DNA from: a virus
Lineage: Duplodnaviria > Caudoviricetes
IMG/VR virus record: IMGVR_UViG_3300021387_001774
Location: 64,001-128,000 of that record
DNA length: 64,000 bases
Reading direction: 5' to 3' (one strand)
Shown here: in pieces, positions 39,844 through 50,570 of the stretch
Numbering within the stretch: position 1 is the first letter of the stretch
Layout: each line of letters starts with the position of its first letter
The notes under the pieces: generated by a model
Database searches by the model: none
What the model saw: the letters and a program-made list of their open reading frames with translations, nothing else
Told to the model about the DNA's origin: nothing
Translations under genes and position numbers: made by a program

Positions 39844-41796
39844 TTAAATGCCCTGGAACACATAACCAGACTTAGCCTGTGTCATCTGTCCTTCGAACTT
39901 ATTGACAACTTCACCAGTTGAGTCAAGAACACCATTGAGCTCAAGCTTAATAGCAGCAGCTGCAAATACACCACGGAACTCACGTCCACCAATGTAGATA
40001 GCTGTTCTATTTGGCATATCAGCATCGATAGCTGTGTACATACGGATAGCATGTGGATAGTATACCAAGAATGGATACTCCATGCTGTATGTGCGCATAA
40101 CACCGATGATGTCATTGCCACGCTCACGCCAACGCTGATCGTTGTTAGCCAAGAGACGTACACCACGACCAAGAGAATCGATAAATCCACAGCGTGTATC
40201 AACTGCGAAACCGAAGTTCTCATTAGCAGCAGCACCCTCTTCCTTAGCATCCAAGTTGAATGCAGCATTCTCGAATTTAATTTCAGGGAATTCGGAAATG
40301 AGTGGTGAGTAGCCCATAAGGATCCACTGTCTCTTAACAGATGCAGGAATATTAAGGTCAGTCTCAGATGTTTCGAGTACCTTTGTGAGGTAGTCTTTGA
40401 GACCGAACTTGTAATCCTGGAGACCAAGACCAGGTGCGAATCTGTTGATGTTGAATGTCAACTTATTGTTGATGAAACCACCGATCTTGCGAGTAAGTTC
40501 GAAAGAATCGATGTCAACAATATCAGAAAGTACTTCGTCATAAACAAACTTCTCAGCTTCGAGCTCTCTGTTGAAGAGAGTATACTGAAGGTTCTTATCG
40601 GTAGCATATGCAGCATAAGTAATGTTGTTATTGCTTCCGATACGGAAGTTGTCAGCCATGTACTCGTTGAGTGATACCTTTGAGTAGTTACGATATTCAC
40701 ATTCACGGATGAACTGATACTTATCAACACCAGCAGTTGGGATATTCTGGAGTTCGTTAGCAATGTTAGATACTTTACCATCGAACTGGAGACCCTTAAT
40801 GATTGCTGCTGCCTGTGGAGTATCACAAATAACGGCGAGAGTAAAGTCACCATCGTCGATATTAAGCTTCATCATGATCTGTACTGTGATAGCACTTGCG
40901 AAACCAGTTACGTCCTTAATCTTTGTTGTAGACTTGAAGAAACGCTGATTTGTTTCACCAGTAGCAATATCATAGTGCATATTAAGCTTCTGTGTAACAG
41001 TCTTACCACCGTTTTCATACTTAATAGCAGAGAAACGACAGTTAGGTTCGATACCGAACTTATGCTTGTTACGCTTACATACCTCGAGCAAGTTACCCTT
41101 TACAGAAAGAGCAGTTGCATTAGCAACAGGTGTGAACTCAATGAACATGTTCTCACCACACCATGGCTCAGGCTTTGTATAATTACCAGCAGTTGTGTTT
41201 GGTGTTACCCAGTCAACACGTGGAAGCTTGTTGTAACCTACAATTTCACCAGAACGGAAAGCCTTCGGGAAGAAGTACTTTTCATTACCAATCTGGAGGT
41301 AGTCTACGTTATATTCGAATTCAAGGCGAGTAGAATTCTGGTTGTCGATATGGAGGAACATTTCCTCAGAACGAGCAGCAGCAATCCAACCACCGATAAT
41401 GAAAGGTGTAGAACCCATTGCAAATGCACCAGTAGAAGATGCATAAACAGCGGTACCACCACCCCATCCTTCAAGAGTACGTGAATCACCAATGATATCA
41501 GCCTTATACTGAACATCACGAGAATTATCAAGCAATCTCTCAAAAGACTTCTGCTTAGAAGGATCCTTAGCAAACATTTTACCAAGTTCATTCTTTGCTG
41601 TGTTATATATTGAGTCGTTAGAGATAATCTTCTTCCAAGATTCAAAGCTAAAAGGAGATCCGCCTACGAGAGGTGCGAGCTTACGTGAATAAGCCTCCAT
41701 AGCCTTGTAATAACCCTGGTTTCTATCAAGAACAGTTTGATATTCTTTAATAGCATCCTCACGAGTCAATTCAATAAAGTTACCAGTCTGAGACAT
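39844..41796 (-). CDS. Probable major capsid protein
   Basis: 650 aa with the strongest high-expression codon bias in the window (long shadow ORFs); helical ~110-aa propeptide-like N-terminus ending T-L-E; late operon. Confidence 0.7.
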   Translation of the reverse strand: MSQTGNFIELTREDAIKEYQTVLDRNQGYYKAMEAYSRKLAPLVGGSPFSFESWKKIISNDSIYNTAKNELGKMFAKDPSKQKSFERLLDNSRDVQYKADIIGDSRTLEGWGGGTAVYASSTGAFAMGSTPFIIGGWIAAARSEEMFLHIDNQNSTRLEFEYNVDYLQIGNEKYFFPKAFRSGEIVGYNKLPRVDWVTPNTTAGNYTKPEPWCGENMFIEFTPVANATALSVKGNLLEVCKRNKHKFGIEPNCRFSAIKYENGGKTVTQKLNMHYDIATGETNQRFFKSTTKIKDVTGFASAITVQIMMKLNIDDGDFTLAVICDTPQAAAIIKGLQFDGKVSNIANELQNIPTAGVDKYQFIRECEYRNYSKVSLNEYMADNFRIGSNNNITYAAYATDKNLQYTLFNRELEAEKFVYDEVLSDIVDIDSFELTRKIGGFINNKLTFNINRFAPGLGLQDYKFGLKDYLTKVLETSETDLNIPASVKRQWILMGYSPLISEFPEIKFENAAFNLDAKEEGAAANENFGFAVDTRCGFIDSLGRGVRLLANNDQRWRERGNDIIGVMRTYSMEYPFLVYYPHAIRMYTAIDADMPNRTAIYIGGREFRGVFAAAAIKLELNGVLDSTGEVVNKFEGQMTQAKSGYVFQGI

Positions 41797-41840
41797 AAAT
41801 AACTCCTATTTAAGAATAAAGTTTTAATATAAACCAAAGC

Positions 41841-42578
41841 TTAATGCCTGTTATTGACCTTAAGTTTACTTATCTTATTAGAAATATTTTGAACCAATCT
41901 GTCATATTGATCATGATACAACCCTAACTTCATCAAATTCTCCGGATTCTGTTGCATCATGAATGACTTTCGTTCTTCGTCAAGTATCTCACTTAACTCT
42001 TTAAGCTGACAAACTTCAGACCAGTCAGCATATTGAGCGCTATATAGTTCGATAGTTTTCTTGATCGATAATCTTAGTTCATTCAATGTTTCTAATTGAT
42101 ATAGTTTTTGGTTAATTTGCGTAAATGGGTTCATTGAAGAACCTTTATTTGGATCGAAGACGTCAACTTTATTTTTGCCGCCATCTTCGGAATCTCCATT
42201 TTCATCACCATCTCCAGATCCATCATCACCCCAGCCACCATCGCCGGAGTCGTCTCCAAAGTCTCCACCATCTCCGCCACCCATGTCATCACCTCCATCC
42301 ATTGAAGGCATTTCTGGTTCTTCGACAGCTCCACTATCAGACATACCATTTCCATCGTCAGAAGAATCATTACCACCAGCAGCTTCTTCAAAACTACCTC
42401 CATCATCTTCTTCTATAGAAAAAAGGCTGATATCTCTAGAAATTATATCATTTTGTTCTATTTTTTGGTTTAAAGCTTCTGAACTAGTTTCTTTAATTTC
42501 TTTTTCTTTAGGTTTTTCTGTTGAAAAAACTGAGAAACAGCTCTCATATGATTGAATTTGTCGTTCTTCCATAGTCAT
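41841..42578 (-). CDS. Acidic low-complexity head protein (scaffold-like)
   Basis: Upstream of the capsid gene; multiple S-x-E sites and a D/G-rich tract; late promoter at 42596-42607. Confidence 0.55.
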   Translation of the reverse strand: MTMEERQIQSYESCFSVFSTEKPKEKEIKETSSEALNQKIEQNDIISRDISLFSIEEDDGGSFEEAAGGNDSSDDGNGMSDSGAVEEPEMPSMDGGDDMGGGDGGDFGDDSGDGGWGDDGSGDGDENGDSEDGGKNKVDVFDPNKGSSMNPFTQINQKLYQLETLNELRLSIKKTIELYSAQYADWSEVCQLKELSEILDEERKSFMMQQNPENLMKLGLYHDQYDRLVQNISNKISKLKVNNRH

Positions 42579-42638
42579 TTTCCTATTATAAGATATATAG
42601 AAATGTTTTCTACAATAAAATATAGAGGATTTTTAATT

Positions 42639-43853
42639 ATGGCAGAAGTTAATTTTTTGAACGCGTTTCCAGATAGAGTTTTCAGTAATAATGTAGACTC
42701 TGATATTACTAGAGAAGATTTCTTAGATATAGTAGAAACTAAAGAAAATCTTTTATTTTACGATTATTATACTAAATTACAATTTGATAATATCAAATCT
42801 AAAGCTAAGATGCTAAAAAAGATAAATAGTATCTATAAAACTAATGAATCTTGGGATTTAGAAGAAAGTAGAGAAGGTGTCGTTGGTAGTTTAGTTAAAC
42901 TTTTTATTGAAATAGTTAAGTTTATTATCAAAGTTATTGGAATGATTATTAAAGGAATCTTTAAATTCTTTGTTAATCTTTTCATAAAGAAACCAATAAG
43001 ACGTATAAATGAAAAACGTGTATATAAAGCATACTTACAACGAAAGAAAGCTCATGGTGCTGAAAGTTATGACTATTCTACAGAACGTGATGAACCTCAA
43101 CCTCATAGACCTACTAAACCAACAGGTCCTGCAGAAGGTAATGATAAAGAAATAGCTAATATTAACAAATTCATGGATTATAACATGGAGCAATTAGTTT
43201 CTAAAATGATGGAAAATGAAAGCAAAGATATTCAAAACATGTTTAATGCTATCTTTATTCCTACTAAAGAAACTCTAAACCTTGGCGGTATAAATACTAT
43301 AGGTACAAATATTTGTAAATCATTTGATAAATTCTCATCAGATACTCAACGTCTCGCAACCAACTTTGCATCACACGTAAATCGCGATAAATCTAAAGAA
43401 GATGATCAAAGTATTCAGAATGAAGGAAAGAATATTTCTAACGATATGAATTCTAAAGAATTTTCTATATTTAATGGTGTTGATATTAGTAAAAAGAATT
43501 GGTCAAATAAGGTCACATGTGCTAGACGTACTGTAGACTATATTGTTGCTCCAGGAAATACTCAGAAAGTTATGAAAACTATGGGCGAAATGAGTAACAT
43601 GATAAAGGAAAAACGTGGATCTATGGATCAACAACAAAAACTCTTGGAAGATATTCTTCAAAAAGCTGAAAAGCAACAGAATGTCGAAAAAGAAACAGTT
43701 AATGTTGTTAAAGGTGTTTCTAACTTTATTAGTAGAATTAATAAGTGTTTCATGTGTTTTGGTGATATTGCTAAAACTTTACATACACTTCTTTCTAAAT
43801 TCGAAGAAAATAAAGATGACTATAAAGAAAGAACCGGTCCTGGTAAATTCTAA
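42639..43853 (+). CDS. Putative internal head protein (same architecture as 10099-11457)
   Basis: S-R-E then amphipathic helix LVKLFIEIVKFIIKVIGMIIKGIFKFF; start ATG 42639 after GAGGA; late promoter at 42611-42622. Confidence 0.6.
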   Translation: MAEVNFLNAFPDRVFSNNVDSDITREDFLDIVETKENLLFYDYYTKLQFDNIKSKAKMLKKINSIYKTNESWDLEESREGVVGSLVKLFIEIVKFIIKVIGMIIKGIFKFFVNLFIKKPIRRINEKRVYKAYLQRKKAHGAESYDYSTERDEPQPHRPTKPTGPAEGNDKEIANINKFMDYNMEQLVSKMMENESKDIQNMFNAIFIPTKETLNLGGINTIGTNICKSFDKFSSDTQRLATNFASHVNRDKSKEDDQSIQNEGKNISNDMNSKEFSIFNGVDISKKNWSNKVTCARRTVDYIVAPGNTQKVMKTMGEMSNMIKEKRGSMDQQQKLLEDILQKAEKQQNVEKETVNVVKGVSNFISRINKCFMCFGDIAKTLHTLLSKFEENKDDYKERTGPGKF

Positions 43854-43861
43854 AAAAAATA

Positions 43862-43895
43862 AAGACCCGGGAGATTTCTCTCCCGGATCCTTTTT
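43862..43895. terminator. Terminator
   Basis: Stem ccgggaga/tctcccgg followed by a T-tract. Confidence 0.7.
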
Positions 43896-43912
43896 ATTAT
43901 GACCACAACCAA

Positions 43913-44242
43913 CTAACAATTTGTATCTGGCTGGTTATGGTCATAATAGTTCTCAACAGAGGTCTTTACCCTCTGTCTTACCAAGTAACGCTTCTTGGCT
44001 GGCGGGAGACTCTGGACATCTCCATTTTCAGATCCCTCGGGTCCATTATTCACGAACCCAAAGAATCTGGAGGATAAGTGCTCATAATCTTCATTCACCC
44101 GGTACTTACCGAATGTGGTGAAGATTATGCTTGATTTTTCCGTATACTTACGGAAACCTTGAATTTGATCCTCCCTTATCCTCATAGGGAGGCTTTCTTT
44201 TTCATCGTCCAGATCGATGAAAACCTGAAAAAATTTTGCCAT
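43913..44242 (-). CDS. Hypothetical early protein
   Basis: AAGGAG RBS; TATATTAT at 44309-44316 with upstream TACTGTT; elevated GC. Confidence 0.75.
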   Translation of the reverse strand: MAKFFQVFIDLDDEKESLPMRIREDQIQGFRKYTEKSSIIFTTFGKYRVNEDYEHLSSRFFGFVNNGPEGSENGDVQSLPPAKKRYLVRQRVKTSVENYYDHNQPDTNC

Positions 44243-44382
44243 AATTGACTCCTTTTCAATATGGTCAAATATCGGATATGAAACCTATTTTCATTCCTTT
44301 ACCTTAATATAATATATAAATGAAGCTTTTAATTGAACAGTAAAAAAAGAAAGGACTTTGGTCCTTTCTTTTAGTAAGTAAA

Positions 44383-44757
44383 TTAATGTGTTAATTTTTC
44401 AATAGTAGTATCATATGTTAATGGTTTACCTTTAAATCGTTTTAATACTAAATTCTTTAATTCTATAGAAGGTATTTTGAACACCGTACCAAGACCTTGT
44501 ATTGCAAAACTACCTCCTCTTTCTGTTACGAAAAAGTCTTCAACCAAGTTAGTTTTCTTATCAAATATAACGTTCGCACAAGTATAACCTGGATATCTTA
44601 TAAACCATCCATAAGTATACTTATCTTCAAATGTATCTGGTTCACCATCATGAGACATAATATACACATGACTTTCACCATATTTTTCATCTTCTCTAAC
44701 ATATTCATCCAGCATTTTAGTTAGTTCGTTTCTTATTCCTAAATAACTTAATGACAT
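44383..44757 (-). CDS. Hypothetical protein
   Basis: AGGAG RBS; last gene of an accessory operon. Confidence 0.7.
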   Translation of the reverse strand: MSLSYLGIRNELTKMLDEYVREDEKYGESHVYIMSHDGEPDTFEDKYTYGWFIRYPGYTCANVIFDKKTNLVEDFFVTERGGSFAIQGLGTVFKIPSIELKNLVLKRFKGKPLTYDTTIEKLTH

Positions 44758-44787
44758 ATTTTCATCTCCTTATAAAACTTAAATCGT

Positions 44788-45333
44788 TTACCCGTTTGCT
44801 TCAAAGAATGGTGACCAACCAATTACATTATCAATTTGTTCATCCGAATAAGGACGAATTACACGCCAGCAGCCATTTTTATAAAAACCTGCGCATGATA
44901 CTATCTTATCTTTATTTTCGTCATATTCGAATACAATAACAACATCTCCAATTTTTGGATACTCATTCGTTTTGTCTGCTTCCTTAATTCGATGAAACAT
45001 AATACCAACTGGTAATTTTCTTAAAAGCTTTTCTATTCGTTTTTCTCTATTAGAATAGTTAGGTACATATGTCCAAGCTACAATATCATCTTTGATTAGC
45101 TCAGTCTTAGTGTTTCTATCATACCAAATACCTTCTTCTGCAGCACATTTTAACTTATGAAGAAATGATGCACAAAATTGATTTCCAGACGTCGTTTGAA
45201 TAAGCACTCTCTCAGACCACATTTCATCATCCTTAATAGGTGGTAAATCATTTGGATCTTCGATTAAATCATGCCACACAATAGGAACCATTGTTCTATT
45301 CATAATTATTTCCTCCTCTATTATTCTAACCAA
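44788..45333 (-). CDS. Tandem DUF551-like domain protein
   Basis: Two copies of W/F-H...P....V(L/I)...W...(I/V)xxW-x-x-(P/F); likely start ATG 45303 (GAGGAGG). Confidence 0.55.
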   Translation of the reverse strand: MVRIIEEEIIMNRTMVPIVWHDLIEDPNDLPPIKDDEMWSERVLIQTTSGNQFCASFLHKLKCAAEEGIWYDRNTKTELIKDDIVAWTYVPNYSNREKRIEKLLRKLPVGIMFHRIKEADKTNEYPKIGDVVIVFEYDENKDKIVSCAGFYKNGCWRVIRPYSDEQIDNVIGWSPFFEANG

Positions 45334-45722
45334 ATACCAATGTATAATGAACCAATTTCATGATCCATATGTACACTAGCAATAATTCCTTTTTTAACCA
45401 TTAATGGAAGACATTCTCTTACTTCACAGTATGGAATTGAACCAAGCTTTTCATTAAGTATCAGTTCCCTAAAAGCCCATTCAGTAATATAGACGTATTT
45501 CATATTATTCCTATTATTTGTACCATAAAAACTAGTAATTCCAATTTCTCTTGATACAGGATCACGTATCCAATATTTAAAAATTCCTCTCCATCTTAAA
45601 GAATCTTTAGAAATAAATTCCCAATCAAAATTCTTTATTGCAGATTCAACTGTACTAAAGATAATATTGACATAGTCGTTAACGTCAGGATTTATCTTCT
45701 CCACCAATTCGTTTAAATTCAT
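45321..45722 (-). CDS. Hypothetical protein
   Basis: GGAGG RBS. Confidence 0.7.
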   Translation of the reverse strand: MNLNELVEKINPDVNDYVNIIFSTVESAIKNFDWEFISKDSLRWRGIFKYWIRDPVSREIGITSFYGTNNRNNMKYVYITEWAFRELILNEKLGSIPYCEVRECLPLMVKKGIIASVHMDHEIGSLYIGIWLE

Positions 45723-45928
45723 AACATATACCTCCAGTATTTATTAGAATATAAACTCTAGAAAATTCGTTTAACTTTCTAGAGATCACTAATGTATAAA
45801 TTATTTCTTTTTCAGTTTCCTATATATCGTATTTATAGGTTTCTTTATTAATAGATTTATGAAAAATTCTACAATAGATACTATAGTTAATACAATAAGA
45901 CTTACATAATATGTAATATCATCCATAG

Positions 45929-47800
45929 CTACCACATTTCCTCCCCTTGATATAAATATTCGGATTCACCTATCCATACAGATTTACATTCATCCAATAT
46001 AAAATCATCAGAATAATCAACCAATTCTTCTAAACTATATGTATTAGAATATTCGAACCATTTTTCTGCTTTTAACATACTCTTAAGAGAAACAGAATTC
46101 TGAACATTCTGTACAGTTTCATTTTTAGGAACTATATCTAATATATTTCCTTTACTTGTTTTTGGTTTATCTCTAATATCAGTTGCACCTCTACTAGTGA
46201 TTCCATTATTAATTGAACTAGCATCAGTATTTGGTATAGCTTCTAAATATAATGGTTTTGGTAAATAAATATCATCTTCGATAATAATTCCATCTTTAAT
46301 TTCCAATACGAAATACTCTAATCCATATTTACCAGAATATCTACATTTACTTCGTTTACATGTTAAGAACTTTCTTCCTTCATGCATTTCTATATCAATA
46401 AACATGGCCCAAGATGCAGCTTGAATAATACCGAATGATTCACCAATGTATTCGTTAGTCAATTGTGAAACAGCGTTTGCTCCACCTTGCATCTTAATAT
46501 TAGCAAGAATTGTATCACCAGATCTATTCAACTGATGAGCTGCTATAACTGGAATATCTCTATATTTCGCCAAAGACAATAAATCATCAGCGATATTCTT
46601 TAACTGAATACGATTTTCTTTACCGAGATCTTCTTGACGAGGTTTCATTACACCAATATAGTCAACAAGTACAGCTTTTACTTTATAACCTTCTTCTTCA
46701 AGTATTTCACAAGTTCTATCTATATCATCTACAGAAATTGATCTAGCATCAGCATGTATGAACGAAATATCTATAGGATTATTTTCTTTATCACTATCAA
46801 ATGTGTGTTTCCATGATGAAAACAATTCTTCCTTAGAAGTACACTTACCAATATCCTTTCCTGCTACTACTTTATAAAGACGTTCATTATCTTCATCAAT
46901 ATCGTTTTCCATTTCTACGAATACTATAGTTGGAATCTTTCCAGTCGTTTTATATTCATCCATAAGCTTTGCTGCATTATATTCTTTAATCATACGAGCA
47001 AAGTGTAACAATATAGCTGACTTAAATGAGTTAGTTCTAGCATTAAACAAATAAAAGTTTTTATTCTGAAATCCACCACGAGGACCTAATGCAGAGTTCA
47101 TAGCTACCCAACCAGTTTGAAGAGCTGATGCTGGGTTTCTTATTGCTTCATAAGTATCATGTAAGAAATCATAAAATGAAGGATCTGATGTATGAACTAT
47201 ATTGTTTAAATCTGAAGAATTATCAGTTCCTCTAAAGAAATTCATTATATCTGTTATTAAGTTTCTATATTTACCAAGTATTGTTGGAAAGTCTTTATAA
47301 GAACAAGTTGTTAATTCGCTAGTCAAATCATAGAGATCATCTTTAGTATCAAGAATATAAGACCATTTGAGATTTTGATCTAGTGATTCTGATACATATG
47401 CTAATTCTGTTTCTATTGAATCTTCTTTTGCAAGTTTAATCTGTGGTATAATAAGATTATTCTTTACTTCTTCATATTCATCATCTGGAAGTAATAAGTT
47501 TACATTAAATAAAATATCTTCAAGTTTAAGACTTGTACCTAATTTAGTTTTAGTCAATAATAATGAATCACAAACAATAATCATTGCTTCTAGATGATTA
47601 TCATTATAATAAAAATCTCTATCTATTACGTCAAGAAAACGTTTTATATTTATTAACTGTCTTCTCATTATAGAAGTATCACTAGCTAATATTTTAATAA
47701 GACAAAGTAAAAATCTATCTGAAACTAAATATGATCTGAATTTCTTCTTACTCTTATATCCTGTTTGGTTGTTTGTTTGGGAAATATTACCGATATTCAT
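45929..47800 (-). CDS. DnaB-like replicative helicase
   Basis: LQTGWVAMN, Walker A variant ARTNSFKS, VEME, VLVDYIG, AAHQLNR, KRSKCR; TATATTAT at 47824-47831. Confidence 0.85.
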   Translation of the reverse strand: MNIGNISQTNNQTGYKSKKKFRSYLVSDRFLLCLIKILASDTSIMRRQLINIKRFLDVIDRDFYYNDNHLEAMIIVCDSLLLTKTKLGTSLKLEDILFNVNLLLPDDEYEEVKNNLIIPQIKLAKEDSIETELAYVSESLDQNLKWSYILDTKDDLYDLTSELTTCSYKDFPTILGKYRNLITDIMNFFRGTDNSSDLNNIVHTSDPSFYDFLHDTYEAIRNPASALQTGWVAMNSALGPRGGFQNKNFYLFNARTNSFKSAILLHFARMIKEYNAAKLMDEYKTTGKIPTIVFVEMENDIDEDNERLYKVVAGKDIGKCTSKEELFSSWKHTFDSDKENNPIDISFIHADARSISVDDIDRTCEILEEEGYKVKAVLVDYIGVMKPRQEDLGKENRIQLKNIADDLLSLAKYRDIPVIAAHQLNRSGDTILANIKMQGGANAVSQLTNEYIGESFGIIQAASWAMFIDIEMHEGRKFLTCKRSKCRYSGKYGLEYFVLEIKDGIIIEDDIYLPKPLYLEAIPNTDASSINNGITSRGATDIRDKPKTSKGNILDIVPKNETVQNVQNSVSLKSMLKAEKWFEYSNTYSLEELVDYSDDFILDECKSVWIGESEYLYQGEEMW

Positions 47801-47927
47801 AAAATAAGCACCTCACATGGTATATAATATAATCCTTTCAGTTTTTAAAATAAATATGTCATAGGACAACGTCCTATGACATAAACGAGGTTGTTAAGGA
47901 GGTCAAAATGTATATGAATTACCCAAT

Positions 47928-48293
47928 TTACTTTTGTTTATTTACTACCATAAACATTTCCTCTTCACGAGTCAATGTTAAGAAAGTAAGTAAATCATCC
48001 GCATCATCAGGCAGTTCTTTTAATGGAAGTTTTGTTTTAATTAATGATAAAGCTTTACCAAAATCATCAGTATTCAAACATTCTACCATTGAAACTTTTG
48101 TAGCTAAAGACTCTATACTATTTGCAAGTTTAAGCAAGACTTCTTTAGCATTTGATATTATAGCTTTTCTACGTTCTTCTATTTCGTTCTCAGGAACATG
48201 TAGATTACGTAGTTTATTTCTTTGTAGTTCTCTTACTTCTTTAAGAGAATAAAATTGTTCTTCAGTATTCTTTTCATCAGCCATATTAATCAA
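47928..48293 (-). CDS. Hypothetical protein
   Basis: AAGGAG RBS; follows the primase gene. Confidence 0.65.
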   Translation of the reverse strand: MINMADEKNTEEQFYSLKEVRELQRNKLRNLHVPENEIEERRKAIISNAKEVLLKLANSIESLATKVSMVECLNTDDFGKALSLIKTKLPLKELPDDADDLLTFLTLTREEEMFMVVNKQK

Positions 48294-48298
48294 CTCCT

Positions 48299-49372
48299 TT
48301 ATATTATATAAGATTGTAATTCTACAGGATTGGATAAATTTCCAAAATCCTTACAAGGATTACCATTACTATCGTTGGCAATGTTATAATGAATATGTAT
48401 AGTATCAAGAAGATGTCTCATATCTTTAAACATTTCTTCATACCAACGAAGATCGGTATCTTTATCATTGTCTGCAAAAATATGTATAGTAGCATTAATA
48501 AACCCAGTCATTTTCATAATCTGATTTATTGCTCGTTTATATGCTGTTCTTGTACCTATTGCTGCAAATACAACATCGGTTCTATCTTCAGGATAATATA
48601 ATTCTTTTGCTCCTATTATATCATAATTGCCTTCTGCTAAACAAATAGTTGGAGTAGGCGTTAAAAGATCGATCTTAGTACTAGGTATGTACAAGTAAGG
48701 ATTACCTATATTTTTGTTAATAACATGAACCATATATCTTTTTGATTTAAGTCTTTCACTATTTATATTACGTAAATTAACTTTATTATTATCTACACTA
48801 AGTATACCTACAAAATGTTTACTGAATTCATCTATAAGATATTTGATACTCATACAAGCTTTCTTATCAGATTTATCAGTAAACTGTAGAATATCAAGAT
48901 TATTAAAAGTATACAAATCATGTAGATTTAATACTATCTTATATGTGAAAATATCTTTCATAGTTAATTTTCTATTGAAACGTTTTGAAAGATAATCTAA
49001 TTTAAACTTATCTTCTGGTCTAACGAAATCAGGTATTCTAAGATTAAGTGTTTCATACTTAGAAATTTTATTTATAGTTTTAGGAACTCCAGTCTTAATA
49101 TCCTGAAATATCATCAAGTCTTTATCAACTTTAATTCCAAGCGTATCATAAAACTTTTTACCTACATTACCAGAGAACAAACATTGTTTACATCCATAAC
49201 CAAGAATCTTCAATCCTTTTGATGTAAACGCTGGATTATGAGATAGCCCAACATACAATTTATTGTCTTTTTTGTTACATACAGGACAATGCATTCTTAT
49301 TTGAGTATCATTTACTTTCACAGAACCTGGGATAGTCAAAAGAAATTGTAATATTTTCTGATATTGTTCCAT
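48299..49372 (-). CDS. DNA primase (Zn finger plus TOPRIM)
   Basis: CPVC...CKQC, LAEGNYD, FADND, KDFG. Confidence 0.8.
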   Translation of the reverse strand: MEQYQKILQFLLTIPGSVKVNDTQIRMHCPVCNKKDNKLYVGLSHNPAFTSKGLKILGYGCKQCLFSGNVGKKFYDTLGIKVDKDLMIFQDIKTGVPKTINKISKYETLNLRIPDFVRPEDKFKLDYLSKRFNRKLTMKDIFTYKIVLNLHDLYTFNNLDILQFTDKSDKKACMSIKYLIDEFSKHFVGILSVDNNKVNLRNINSERLKSKRYMVHVINKNIGNPYLYIPSTKIDLLTPTPTICLAEGNYDIIGAKELYYPEDRTDVVFAAIGTRTAYKRAINQIMKMTGFINATIHIFADNDKDTDLRWYEEMFKDMRHLLDTIHIHYNIANDSNGNPCKDFGNLSNPVELQSYII

Positions 49373-49447
49373 ATATGTCTAACCTCAAATCAACAATATA
49401 TAATTAAAATTATATTTAGTTGTGAGATTAATTTTTAAAAGTTATTA

Positions 49448-50323
49448 TTACCACTGATTAGGATTTGTAGGTTTGGCTGTAACATTAAAATTACTAGTTA
49501 TTGACCGCGAATTCTGTCCTGAAGCTCCATCAGCTACACTTCCGTATCTTGACCAAGAGCCATAACTAGTAGTAAATTTTGAATGATAAAGAAATTGACC
49601 CGTTTTAGGATCATAAGTTGCTTTATGGTACCAAGCGTCAGCATGAGAAATTTGTACAACGTTGCTCCACCAATAATATTTACCATCTTTCCAGTATGAT
49701 TCAGTTGAATATAAATTATAGTTTGTACTGCTTTTCATCTTTCCATATTCCCATCCAGTTCTCCATTTAGTAATATCTCCAGGTATTTGATAATATCCAC
49801 TAGGAATAGTACCAGCAGGAGGAGGAAATATATAAATATCGAAATTGAAATCATCCTCCGCACCATATTTATTCAAAAACTTATATCTTAAATCTTTACT
49901 AAGATCTATCTTAAATTTATTCAAATTAGTTCTAATAGTAGTATTAAAATTACTAATATCACCTTTATTTTTATACAATTGAATTCTTTTACTATTCTTA
50001 ATATTTTCATTTGTACCTTTACATTTATCTACATTTCTCATTATCAATGATGAATCATATGAATTTATATTATCTTGAGGTCTAAATAAGTGATAAACGT
50101 CATCAGAACGATTAAAAATTGATGAAGAAGAGGGTTGTACTATTTTTATTTTATTTAATTCGTCTATTTTTTCAAGACCTTTATTATCAACGTCGTTAGA
50201 ATAAAGATATTTTTTATCTTCTTTACATAATATGTTATTAGTAGTTTCGTTTACTTTTCTAACCTTATCATTATCTGATATACAATTTTTAATACTTTTT
50301 ATTAAAGAATTTACTGATTTCAT
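49448..50323 (-). CDS. Hypothetical late protein: K/N-rich N-half and W/Y/G/S-rich beta C-terminal domain (possible receptor-binding or decoration protein)
   Basis: Late promoter at 50349-50360; GGAGG RBS; sharp compositional switch at PPPAG. Confidence 0.65.
   Translation of the reverse strand: MKSVNSLIKSIKNCISDNDKVRKVNETTNNILCKEDKKYLYSNDVDNKGLEKIDELNKIKIVQPSSSSIFNRSDDVYHLFRPQDNINSYDSSLIMRNVDKCKGTNENIKNSKRIQLYKNKGDISNFNTTIRTNLNKFKIDLSKDLRYKFLNKYGAEDDFNFDIYIFPPPAGTIPSGYYQIPGDITKWRTGWEYGKMKSSTNYNLYSTESYWKDGKYYWWSNVVQISHADAWYHKATYDPKTGQFLYHSKFTTSYGSWSRYGSVADGASGQNSRSITSNFNVTAKPTNPNQW
49935..50020. repeat. 86-bp perfect inverted repeat, left arm (inside CDS)
   Basis: Exact reverse complement of 50393-50478. 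Confidence 0.95.
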
Positions 50324-50392
50324 ACAAGAAATCCTCCATTTTTAGATATATTACCATGTCAGCCCACCCACCACCCGTGTAAATAAACTTTG

Positions 50393-50478
50393 AAAGGTAC
50401 AAATGAAAATATTAAGAATAGTAAAAGAATTCAATTGTATAAAAATAAAGGTGATATTAGTAATTTTAATACTACTAT
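50393..50478. repeat. 86-bp perfect inverted repeat, right arm (intergenic)
   Basis: Exact reverse complement of 49935-50020. Confidence 0.95.
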
Positions 50479-50570
50479 ACTGCTACAAGATATATGGGTT
50501 CAACAAGTGGTCCGTAGTCTATATATTTTAACTACTGTTCAAACCTATCTTTCAATTATATATTATATAT

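Noticed and set aside
39882-41645. Long overlapping ORFs within the capsid gene (also within the tube and sheath genes)
   Set aside because: Expected by-product of strong codon bias in highly expressed genes
42552-42638. 5' extensions in the ORF track (also 30744-30779, 30831-30929, 56923-56979)
   Set aside because: They overlap promoters or neighbouring genes, or lack an RBS; downstream ATGs have clear RBSs
49935-50478. Diversity-generating retroelement TR/VR pair
   Set aside because: Copies are identical with no adenine-specific mismatches, the coding copy is mid-gene, and no reverse transcriptase is present in the window
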